Below are positions 9,167 to 17,624 of a DNA stretch of 63,899 nt, one piece after another. The translations under genes were made by a program, and so were the position numbers. The DNA lies in IMG/VR virus record IMGVR_UViG_3300009506_000024, positions 1 to 63,899 of that record, one strand, 5' to 3'. Below the pieces are notes generated by a model, which was not told the DNA's origin, made no database searches, and saw only the letters and a program-made list of their open reading frames with translations. Every line of letters starts with the position of its first letter. The first letter of the stretch is position 1. Source of the stretch: a virus (taxonomy: Duplodnaviria; Caudoviricetes).

Positions 9167-10342
9167 ATGACCGACTTTCCAATGGGCAATCTGTCTGGCG
9201 GCCCTTCCGGGTCACAGGCTATGAGCGTCGCAGAGAGCGAGTGGCGCCCGTCCGGTATCGAGACGTGTCGGATCATCAACGTCAACATCGACGACTGGTC
9301 GGTGGACTGCATCGCGGAGTACGGAAACAAGAGGTACTTCGACCTTCAGGTGATGGCTCCCTACTTCCACTTCGCAAATGGGGAGGGCATCTACGCCCAG
9401 CCAGAGGTAGGCGCACTGTGCTGGGTCTGCACCCCCAGTGCTGGTCGCTTTGCTGCCCCGTTCGTGATGGGGTTTCAGTCTGCCCACGACGAGGACTTCG
9501 ATGGTTTTCGTGGGGGTCGGCTGACACTGAACCCTGGCGACATCATGATGAGGACTCGGGATGAGAACTTCATCATCCTTCGACGCGGTGGGGTCCTCCA
9601 GATGGGGTCCACCCCAACGTGCCAGACCATGTACGTACCCATCGGCAACATGCTGCGGCATTTTTGTGAGCAGTTCGAGCTCAACACGTTTGGAGGGGAG
9701 CTCGTTTGGGACAACGCTCGGACTGACCAGACTGACAGTGGGGCGGTCCTTTCAAAGCTCCAGCTCAAACTGAAGCGGCAGGTGAACACCTCGAAGTATG
9801 ACGTAGAGCTTCAAATCGGTTCCCACGGGGGCGATGATCCCACTAGACTATCCCTAGTGGTGAACGACTCTGGCCTCAAGGACAACAAGCCGGTGGCCAG
9901 CTTGGCGATCACCAATGAAGGTGACTTGGGATGGACACTGGAGAAGAGCTTCGGCCTCGAGGTCAAAGACAGCATCATCTTCTACTCCAAGGAAGGTACC
10001 ATCACTGTCCTGACCGACCAGGGCGACATCAGTTTGCAGTCGGCAGCAAACATGACTCTCAAAGCCGACGGTGGAGACTTCAACGCAGAGGCTTCAGCCA
10101 ATGCCACTGTCAAAGCAGGGGCGGTGGCCACCCTCGACGGGCCTACCGTGAATCTCGGAGCCAATGCTACCTCACCGATCATCAAGGGAGACCAGTTCGT
10201 CTCCTTCATGACCACTTTCATCACGCAGCTTTCAACTCTCACTTCACCCATCAGCGGGGCTCCGATTGTTGCGGCGCCTGCTTTGGCATCCCTAACTGGA
10301 CAACTATCGGGACTCTTGTCTACGGTGTCGTTCACCAAGTAA
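9167..10342 (+). CDS. Baseplate central spike/puncturing protein (gp5/gpV-like)
   Basis: N-terminal OB-like segment (GIYAQPEVGALCWV), beta-strand-rich repetitive C-terminal half, GPTVNLG..ATSPIIKGD ending. Confidence 0.6.
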   Translation: MTDFPMGNLSGGPSGSQAMSVAESEWRPSGIETCRIINVNIDDWSVDCIAEYGNKRYFDLQVMAPYFHFANGEGIYAQPEVGALCWVCTPSAGRFAAPFVMGFQSAHDEDFDGFRGGRLTLNPGDIMMRTRDENFIILRRGGVLQMGSTPTCQTMYVPIGNMLRHFCEQFELNTFGGELVWDNARTDQTDSGAVLSKLQLKLKRQVNTSKYDVELQIGSHGGDDPTRLSLVVNDSGLKDNKPVASLAITNEGDLGWTLEKSFGLEVKDSIIFYSKEGTITVLTDQGDISLQSAANMTLKADGGDFNAEASANATVKAGAVATLDGPTVNLGANATSPIIKGDQFVSFMTTFITQLSTLTSPISGAPIVAAPALASLTGQLSGLLSTVSFTK

Positions 10343-10352
10343 GGAGCGGACC

Positions 10353-12362
10353 ATGACCACTCAACCATTGTTTCTCGACCGCCAACTCTCCTTCGAAGGA
10401 GAGGAAAAGCTCGCGGGCATGCTCACTCGCTTGAGCGACAACACGGACAACTGGCAGCAGGAGATCACGCAGGAAGCGTATCGCCGGTTGCCTTACCTGA
10501 GCGACTTCGAAGTTCACGTCGTACTCGATTCGGTGGACGAGGAGAGAGGGTACGCCTTCGGCTCCATCGAGGTGTCACCGAAGAGCTCGATGACCGTCGA
10601 GGAGATGACCGACGCAGGGATGCAGAAGGTCCACATCCCCATCGTCATCAAGGAGCAGATGCTCAGCCCCCTCGACGTGTTCCTGTCTGGAAAGCAGTAC
10701 TTCCACCTCACGGAGGCCCGACTCCGTGAATCATTGTTCCGGGCCGAGACGTTTGATGCAGCTCGCACCCGACCGTACGACCCGTCTCTGGTCAACGACC
10801 TGCAGCCTCCACTCCGTGCGGGGTACGGAGGCTTCGGCGCCGGCGGCGTGAAGATGGGCGCGGCCATGGCCGAGCTCAAGATGCTCCCGATTCTGCCCCA
10901 GCTCCACGGTCGGGTGAAGCAAGCTCACGTCGACCGCATCAAGAAGGCGATGACTGACCCTTCCATTCAGACTCAGGTCCTCACTGGGAACGAAGGAGTG
11001 AAGGCAGCTTTTGCCTCTGCGATGAGGCTCACCCCCACCGACCTGGAGAAGTCTGCAGCGGCAGTGGCCGGGAGGATTCGCCCTACTGTGGTGCAGCTCC
11101 GAAAGCTGGGGACCGAGAAGGTCTTGGTGAAGTGGGCGAACGATGAGATGTTCTCCCCTCAGGAGGAAGAGATCCCCTTCGATGCCGCGCAAGACATGCT
11201 CGGGGACGAAGACCTCACCGCTCAGCTCGAGAGTGACGGTACCGTGACCATGAGCCCGGACGCTGCGGTCAAGCAGACGCTCGAGGCTGAAGAGGTTCGG
11301 GTGGCGGACTCGTTCGGACTGTGGAAGGTGCAGCAGACCACCGGCGACACGATGATTGGTTGGGTCTTCCCGCAGCTTCTCGATCTGGACCTCAACGTCC
11401 TTCCGCTCTCATTGTTCAACAACGGTTCGCAACACGCCCTGCAGGAGAACATCGCCGGCGAAATGGCAGGCAAGTCTCTCGACATCCCGAAGGGGATTCC
11501 GAAGGGCTACGGAGCCCTCTACTACACGGACCACGGGACGGCGAAAGCCTTCGTCCCGATGACCATCAGCAGCTCGATGAGAGACCCGGGCGGGTTGAAG
11601 TTCATGGCGCAGACCGACATGGGCGACCAGGTGACGTTCTCGTTTGCCGAGGGCATCAAGAAGCCTGTCCGCGCGGGCGAGAATGAGTGGGTGCTTCCCA
11701 ACTACTTCAACTGGATGCCCTTGCGTGGCAAGACCGAGCTCGTCGACCAGCCGGCTCTGTTCAGCAAGCTCGGCTCTGCCAACCGTACCGGCACCGTGGA
11801 CATCGTCGGTGACAGCGCAGGCATCTACTCGTTCCGAGGCCCGGCCATCTCCAAGGTGGCTCAGCAGCACACCAAGTTCATCGACCACAATCAGGCCGTG
11901 TTCCTGGGAGTGGGACTCGGGATGACCGAGAGCTTCTGCAAGGAGGCCCTCGCCAAGGCCAAGCTCGGTGAGCGCGTCTCAGTGTCGGGTCTGAAGGTTC
12001 TCGGAAGCCTGAAGGAAAAGATGGCCGGCATTCGAGCCAACCTTCAGAAGGAGCTGTCTGAGCTCGACCCACCTATCCACAACTACTTCCTCGCCAAGGA
12101 AGCATCCGTCCTCGACGACGCCCTGACCGCGGACAAGATCCTCGGTCTGGGCTTCCTCAATGCAGAGAACGTAGCTACGTTCGTGGACCTTCTTCCTGCG
12201 CTCGAGGCGGCGTCATCAAAACTCGCAGAGCTCCTGGTCGCAGTCCGGGTGGGCCTCAAGGAGGTGCCCGAGGTGGCGGTGGAGCGCATGCTCATTGCCA
12301 TGGAGGACGTCATCCGAGGTCTCAAGTCCCTGCGTCAGAAAGAACTGAAGTTCTCCAACTAG
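10353..12362 (+). CDS. Conserved-looking virion (head) protein with K-x-A sites
   Basis: AAGGAG RBS, strong coding bias; EEKLAG, LEKSAA, SKLGS, SKVAQ and AKEAS motifs. Confidence 0.65.
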   Translation: MTTQPLFLDRQLSFEGEEKLAGMLTRLSDNTDNWQQEITQEAYRRLPYLSDFEVHVVLDSVDEERGYAFGSIEVSPKSSMTVEEMTDAGMQKVHIPIVIKEQMLSPLDVFLSGKQYFHLTEARLRESLFRAETFDAARTRPYDPSLVNDLQPPLRAGYGGFGAGGVKMGAAMAELKMLPILPQLHGRVKQAHVDRIKKAMTDPSIQTQVLTGNEGVKAAFASAMRLTPTDLEKSAAAVAGRIRPTVVQLRKLGTEKVLVKWANDEMFSPQEEEIPFDAAQDMLGDEDLTAQLESDGTVTMSPDAAVKQTLEAEEVRVADSFGLWKVQQTTGDTMIGWVFPQLLDLDLNVLPLSLFNNGSQHALQENIAGEMAGKSLDIPKGIPKGYGALYYTDHGTAKAFVPMTISSSMRDPGGLKFMAQTDMGDQVTFSFAEGIKKPVRAGENEWVLPNYFNWMPLRGKTELVDQPALFSKLGSANRTGTVDIVGDSAGIYSFRGPAISKVAQQHTKFIDHNQAVFLGVGLGMTESFCKEALAKAKLGERVSVSGLKVLGSLKEKMAGIRANLQKELSELDPPIHNYFLAKEASVLDDALTADKILGLGFLNAENVATFVDLLPALEAASSKLAELLVAVRVGLKEVPEVAVERMLIAMEDVIRGLKSLRQKELKFSN

Positions 12363-12371
12363 GGGCAAAGG

Positions 12372-12899
12372 ATGCTTGGGTACTGCGGCTCTTTCGTGGA
12401 CGAGCTGGAGAAGATCTCTTGGTTCGGTACGTACTACCACGGGACTTCCCCGGAAGCGGAGAAGTCCATCTTGCAAGAAGGGCTGAAGGCTAGCCACGGG
12501 GGCAAAGGTGGGGCAACAGAAGCCCTCGGCAAGGCTTTTCCAGGCAACCCTTTCTTGGAGAGGTTCCAAAAAGAGACTGCCGGCAAGGTCACGATGTCGA
12601 GGTCAAAACTCCTAGCCAAAACGTACGGTCTTTCCGGGCACCGGAATAGGATAGCGAAGGAGCTGGCTCTGGCCTACAAATCTGGCGGTGAGAAAGCTGT
12701 GGTCAAAGGGCTCCTCAAAGAGTTGGTTGGACACCAGCCTTTGGAGATTGCAGGGAAGTCATTGAAGGGGCTCACTAGGGACCCCTCTCACTTTTTCTTG
12801 GGAGTGCAGTCCGCAAAGGACATCCCCGCCTCACTGGTCAGCAAGGCGACTCCTTCCAGGTTGGGAAAGCTGCTGACGAAAGTACTGGTGAGAAAATGA
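12372..12899 (+). CDS. Putative ADP-ribosyltransferase (H-Y-type/Tpt1-PARP-like fold) with N-terminal FxDELEKIS tag
   Basis: YYHGTS...SILQEGL, then A..Y and a C-terminal IPxxxV motif typical of this ART clade; the leader GSFVDELEKIS precedes the domain. Confidence 0.6.
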   Translation: MLGYCGSFVDELEKISWFGTYYHGTSPEAEKSILQEGLKASHGGKGGATEALGKAFPGNPFLERFQKETAGKVTMSRSKLLAKTYGLSGHRNRIAKELALAYKSGGEKAVVKGLLKELVGHQPLEIAGKSLKGLTRDPSHFFLGVQSAKDIPASLVSKATPSRLGKLLTKVLVRK

Positions 12900-13885
12900 G
12901 GCACCCATCCGAGTATTACATTAAGTTCCTCCTCGCTAACTCGTGGGGTGATGAGGACAATCAGGTAGATTCTACCAGCGTCAACGAGACGCTCAAGGAG
13001 ACAGGTCTACCTCCTATCAGTGATGAGGTCTTCGACCGTATCCGTAGCAAGTTCGAGCCTCCAGAGACCTTTCGGTTCAACGCCAAGAACCACAAGCCCA
13101 CAGTGGACTTCATGAAGGAGGAGAAGCTCTACTCTTACTGGGTCTCGAACGGAGACATGAAGCGCGTGTTCTCCGACCTGTTGGGGGACAACAACAGACT
13201 GCTTCAGCACCGAGTTCACACTATGCTGATGGGGTTCGTCCCGTCAGATGTGATCGCTGAGAAAGTGAGCAGGCAGTACCACCTGAAGGAGTCGATCACG
13301 GCGGGCATGATCGAGCACTACCGCCACTACTTCTGGAGGGTAGAGAACCTGACCGAGAAAGAGTGGATGGAGTTGCTCGACGGCCATCCTCAGTACGATC
13401 AGTACATCGCCCCGCTATTGTGCGGAGATCAGCAGGGGCTGTTCCGCGCGGGGTTCAACCCAAAGTACGACTACAAACTGGGACTGCGAGACACCCACCG
13501 GCAGGTGGTGTTTCGGATCCAGTACATGGCCTTCAAGCCAGACGACAAGAAGATCATTGATCTGCTCATCAAGCTAAGTCGGGAGCAGCGAGCTCTCTAC
13601 GACATCCTCTATGGTGAGGGAGGAGGATTCGAGGACGAGGTTCGAGAGATCAAGCACTGGATGATGGAGCACAAGATTCCGGACGTGAAGACTCTCGATA
13701 GGCTGGTCACTTCTGGGTCGTACAGCGGTGACGGAGAGAGCGACAAGAAAGAGAAGAAGGAGCAGGTCGAAGAGACTGTTCAAGAAGCTGCTCAGAAAGC
13801 AGTGACCACAGGCAGGAAGGCCAAGCCTGCCAAGAAATCCAAGAAGCCCGGCGTGAGAGTCGGGCCCAAGAAGGGAGACCAGTGA
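12896..13885 (+). CDS. Hypothetical protein, helical with Lys-rich tail
   Basis: ATGA-coupled to the previous gene; good codon bias. Confidence 0.7.
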   Translation: MRHPSEYYIKFLLANSWGDEDNQVDSTSVNETLKETGLPPISDEVFDRIRSKFEPPETFRFNAKNHKPTVDFMKEEKLYSYWVSNGDMKRVFSDLLGDNNRLLQHRVHTMLMGFVPSDVIAEKVSRQYHLKESITAGMIEHYRHYFWRVENLTEKEWMELLDGHPQYDQYIAPLLCGDQQGLFRAGFNPKYDYKLGLRDTHRQVVFRIQYMAFKPDDKKIIDLLIKLSREQRALYDILYGEGGGFEDEVREIKHWMMEHKIPDVKTLDRLVTSGSYSGDGESDKKEKKEQVEETVQEAAQKAVTTGRKAKPAKKSKKPGVRVGPKKGDQ

Positions 13886-14442
13886 TGCCAGGAATGCCAA
13901 TGCCCGAGTGGTACGACGAGGCCAAGGAGCAGTTGGGAGAGACCGACAAGGAGCCGATGAACATGACGTTCCAGCCGGTCGAGTTCGTAAGGGTTGAGAA
14001 CTTCCCTCATCTCTTTGCCGAGTACGACATTCGCGAGAGCGACGTGCTCGTTCACCTCTTCCCGAGAGGTGGCATCGATGACCAGTGGACCAATGGGCAC
14101 TACATCAATCGCTGCCACAACTGTAAGAGCGAGGTTCCGATGCCCAGCAAGCCGTCGGAGCTCAAGCCTTGCCCGAAGTGTGGTCACACCGGGCTCATCT
14201 ATGTGCCCGGCAGGGTGGAAGAGAAGGCGGACGTAGCCTTTCCAGCGAACGCCCAGGACATGATCAAGGAAGCGGTGGACGAAGTGTGGATGGGTGGAGT
14301 CGCCATCGATGAGGTACCTGAGCTCGGTGCCTTTGCCCTCCAGCTCCAGTCCGCCAAGAACACCGCCGGCGTGGTCGGTACCGCTGAGTTCGTAGGCAAG
14401 ATCTGTTCAGCATTCGATAGGCTGCTGGCAGAGAAGCACTGA
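13882..14442 (+). CDS. Hypothetical protein with Zn ribbon
   Basis: CHNC...CPKC; coupled to the previous ORF. Confidence 0.65.
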   Translation: MMPGMPMPEWYDEAKEQLGETDKEPMNMTFQPVEFVRVENFPHLFAEYDIRESDVLVHLFPRGGIDDQWTNGHYINRCHNCKSEVPMPSKPSELKPCPKCGHTGLIYVPGRVEEKADVAFPANAQDMIKEAVDEVWMGGVAIDEVPELGAFALQLQSAKNTAGVVGTAEFVGKICSAFDRLLAEKH

Positions 14443-14450
14443 GGTCCGAC

Positions 14451-16607
14451 GTGGATGAGAGGGAGCGACAGCACTATCGTGAGGGCGAGTTGGGCCCTGG
14501 CGTAGCTGAACGCTCCACCTCTTCTCTCCCAAAAATCGAGCGTCCCCAGACCTGGGAACTGTCAGCGCACCCACATCTCGCTGAGCGTGCTGGAAAGCAC
14601 ATCGACCTGAGACTCGGGAACCCTGACACCGGGGTGGCTCATTCGTTCGTCCTGCCTAAGGCAACTTTTCCGGGCCCCGGAAAAATGGTCCAGGTGGTAC
14701 CGACGTACGACCACACCATCCCGTACATGGACTACACCGGACCCATCTCTACCGAGTACGGGCGCGGTACCGTGCTGAAGGGCAGGAGAGCTCAGGCTGA
14801 AGTCTACCACGCGGACCCGGCAGATGAGCCGGGTACCAAGGTTCGGTTCAACCTCTACGATGGCCCGGCCCCAGAGGAGTACTCCATTCGGAGGGACAAA
14901 GAGAACCGCTGGTTCCTGCACAACAAGACGCAGACAAGGCTTCGAAGGCCAGACCTTCCCTCATCCAAACCAGAGTACGGGGAAGTCCGCCTGGACGAGA
15001 TTGACCCGAGCGATACGCGGCAAGCCATGATGCCGAAGCTAGATGGCGCTCATGCCATCATTGACTTGAAGGCCGGTCGCTCGCCTCGGGTCTTCTCGTA
15101 TCGGGTCGGCAAGAAGTCTGGCACAGGTTTGATCGAGCACACGCACAAGATGCCGGAGCTCCTGAAGAAGAAGGTACCGAAAGAGCTCGACGGTACCATG
15201 CTCAGAGGCGAGCTCCTCGGAGTGACCGGCGAGGGCAGATCCATACCGGCTGAGCGGATAGGTGGCCTGCTCAACTCGAAGGTGTGGGAAAGCCGCATGC
15301 GTCAAGCCGCGCAGGGGGTGAAGCTCCAAGCCTTTCCCTTCAGCGTGGTGAAGTACAAGGGTCGCACCATGGAGGACGCGCCCTTCGAAGAGAAGCTCAA
15401 GGTCTTGCGTGAGGTGGAGAGCAAGTTGGACGAGCTCGTCATCCCCGAGATTGCAGCCACCGCTGACGAGAAGATCAACCTCCTCAATGCTATCGCAGAC
15501 AAGAGTCACCCCTTGACTGAAGAGGGTGTGGTACTCGTGAATCGAAACGAGCCTGGCCGCCCTATCAAAGCAAAGCATGCGCCAGACTTCGACGTGTTTG
15601 TCCGAGCAGTTCACCAGGCTAAAAAGAAAGGTGGAGGGCTGCATGATCGAGTTGGCGCAGTCGGCTACTCATGGACTCCTGGAGGGCGTATTGTCGGACA
15701 GGTAGGAGGGTTCAGGCATGACGAAGCACGCGACATGTGGGAGAACCCGGACGACTACATTGGGCGCGTGGCGAAAGTGAAGGCAACGAAAGTGTTCAAA
15801 GACAACAAAGGAAATCCAGGTGCCCTGTTCCAGCCTCGGTTCAAGGAGTGGCATTTGGACAAGGGCGACATCGAGAAGTCAGCTTACCTCGGTCCAGTAG
15901 GTAAAGGCACCGTCATCGGTGGCGGGATTGGGGCAACTCTCGGAGCGATGGCTGGGTACCACTCCGACGTTCCAGTCAACAGAAAGAAGCCTACCACGGG
16001 ACAGAGAGTAGGGAGAGCAGTCACTACGGGCCTCTCCCTGGGGCTCAGTGGAGCCTTGCTTGGGCATGAGATCGGTCTCCTCGTTGAGATAGCTAGGGGT
16101 GCTCGCTACGCTGGTAGAGCAGGCGCTGGTGCTGGTGCTGGGTACCGGTCCAGCTACAGCTCTTCGGGGGCAGGCGCTGGAGCTGGGTTTGGCTTCGGCT
16201 CAGGCGGCCGGCTCCGCCCTGACTGGTTGAAGGACGTAACGACAAAGGCAGACGCCAAGTCGAAGTTCCGGGACATGGCCATGAAGACGCACCCCGACCG
16301 AGGAGGGGATGCGGAGAAGTTCAAGGTCATCAACAACGAGTGGGAGGCCTTCAAGAACAGCCATCTGTGGGAGAAGCTGGCTCACCTCCTGGGCAAGGAG
16401 AAGATCGCTTCTCTGTCCCCGGAGGTTGTTATGAAGGCCGCGTTCCTCAATGAGCTCGAGAAGATCGCCAGTCTCGAAGGCTTGGTATTGGGGCAGCTCC
16501 TCAAACAGAAGGTCATGCCTCCAGTGTCTTCCGCTGTGAGAGACTTGGAAGACCAAGCTCGAGCTCGCTGGGACCAGCTAGGCAGAGGATCTACCTACTC
16601 TCTTTGA
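14451..16607 (+). CDS. Polyprotein: LigD-type 3'-phosphoesterase + ATP-dependent DNA ligase + glycine zipper + J-domain + FxxELEKIA tag
   Basis: HxAxRAGxHxDLRL and SFVLPK (LigD PE domain); KLDG, GEL, EGVV and FQPRF (ligase motifs); GGGIGATLGAMAG; HPDRGGDAEKFK (J-domain); AFLNELEKIAS. Confidence 0.85.
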   Translation: MDERERQHYREGELGPGVAERSTSSLPKIERPQTWELSAHPHLAERAGKHIDLRLGNPDTGVAHSFVLPKATFPGPGKMVQVVPTYDHTIPYMDYTGPISTEYGRGTVLKGRRAQAEVYHADPADEPGTKVRFNLYDGPAPEEYSIRRDKENRWFLHNKTQTRLRRPDLPSSKPEYGEVRLDEIDPSDTRQAMMPKLDGAHAIIDLKAGRSPRVFSYRVGKKSGTGLIEHTHKMPELLKKKVPKELDGTMLRGELLGVTGEGRSIPAERIGGLLNSKVWESRMRQAAQGVKLQAFPFSVVKYKGRTMEDAPFEEKLKVLREVESKLDELVIPEIAATADEKINLLNAIADKSHPLTEEGVVLVNRNEPGRPIKAKHAPDFDVFVRAVHQAKKKGGGLHDRVGAVGYSWTPGGRIVGQVGGFRHDEARDMWENPDDYIGRVAKVKATKVFKDNKGNPGALFQPRFKEWHLDKGDIEKSAYLGPVGKGTVIGGGIGATLGAMAGYHSDVPVNRKKPTTGQRVGRAVTTGLSLGLSGALLGHEIGLLVEIARGARYAGRAGAGAGAGYRSSYSSSGAGAGAGFGFGSGGRLRPDWLKDVTTKADAKSKFRDMAMKTHPDRGGDAEKFKVINNEWEAFKNSHLWEKLAHLLGKEKIASLSPEVVMKAAFLNELEKIASLEGLVLGQLLKQKVMPPVSSAVRDLEDQARARWDQLGRGSTYSL

Positions 16608-17283
16608 TCCTCTCTCTTAGCTCTCGGTTGAGCCACTTCTGCTCCCACTTCTTCCAGTTTCCATTCAGGTCGTACGAGGTGCCCTTCGAGGCCAGCTTGA
16701 CGTACAGATTTCTCAGGTATTTGCCTCGGTGGTAGTGATTGGGCCCGTACTTCTCGAGCCCTTGCCGATGGGCTTCTGACCCGTACCCCATGTTGCTGCC
16801 CCAATGGTACTGAGGGTAGTGCTTGTCCATGTCCATCATGTCGAGGTCACGAACGACCTTCGCGACGATGCTGGCAGCACCGATTTGCCATACCAGTGAG
16901 TCTCCCTTGACGTAGGTGATCTGGCGCCCGTCGTATCCTCGGACCGTTTTGTTCCCGTCAATATGCAGACAGGTAAAATGAGGCGCGTGCTCGAGCGCGT
17001 CGAGACAAGCACGCCTCCACGCTTCACTGAGACCTCTCTTGTCGATGACGCTCGGAGAAGAGAACCCTATGCCCACAAACGCGGCTTGCTCCATGATGAT
17101 GGGAGCCAAGTCGAGTCTCTTCTTGAACGTCAGCTTCTTCGAGTCGTCCACACCCTTGATTGGCTCTGTCCCTACGGGGAACGCTACGACTGATACGCAG
17201 ACGGGCCCTGCCCAGCACCCCATACCCACTTCATCTAGGCCCGCGCTCAAACCTTCGGCCTCCCTTGAACTTTCCTTTTGCAT
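16591..17283 (-). CDS. rnhB: Ribonuclease HII
   Basis: GLDEVGMGCWAGP, DDSKKL, IDG, KGD, AASIVAKVVRD and GYG..H motifs. Confidence 0.92.
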   Translation of the reverse strand: MQKESSREAEGLSAGLDEVGMGCWAGPVCVSVVAFPVGTEPIKGVDDSKKLTFKKRLDLAPIIMEQAAFVGIGFSSPSVIDKRGLSEAWRRACLDALEHAPHFTCLHIDGNKTVRGYDGRQITYVKGDSLVWQIGAASIVAKVVRDLDMMDMDKHYPQYHWGSNMGYGSEAHRQGLEKYGPNHYHRGKYLRNLYVKLASKGTSYDLNGNWKKWEQKWLNRELRERIKESR

Positions 17284-17593
17284 CTCTGCTCCAAACTCGT
17301 TGTCGGGTCAAAATCTCGGCCTGGACCCGGTTGTGTTGAATGTCGATCCTTGGCAGCTCGCAGCCGAACTCGTCGGCCCAGCACCTCAAGTATTTGCGCA
17401 GAGGATCCCTGGTTGCTTTCCCAAGTGGAATCTTCAATGGTATCTTGAGGATGAAGCGCAAAGGATCTACCGTAGGGAACACTTTGAACTGTTCATGCAC
17501 GACATCATCGCCTATAGCAGCAAGGATGCCGAGTCTCACGTGCTCCACCCACTGCAATCGCCGGCGGGCTAGTTGTTCCTTCGCGGTAGTCAC
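17231..17593 (-). CDS. Hypothetical protein (probably leaderless, GTG start)
   Basis: 3' part of track ORF 17231..17863; the GTG lies 6 nt after an ATAAG motif, which avoids overlap with the terminase gene. Confidence 0.55.
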   Translation of the reverse strand: MTTAKEQLARRRLQWVEHVRLGILAAIGDDVVHEQFKVFPTVDPLRFILKIPLKIPLGKATRDPLRKYLRCWADEFGCELPRIDIQHNRVQAEILTRQRVWSRDAKGKFKGGRRFERGPR

Positions 17594-17624
17594 GGCGCTC
17601 TTATACCAGGAAGGGTAGCATTTT

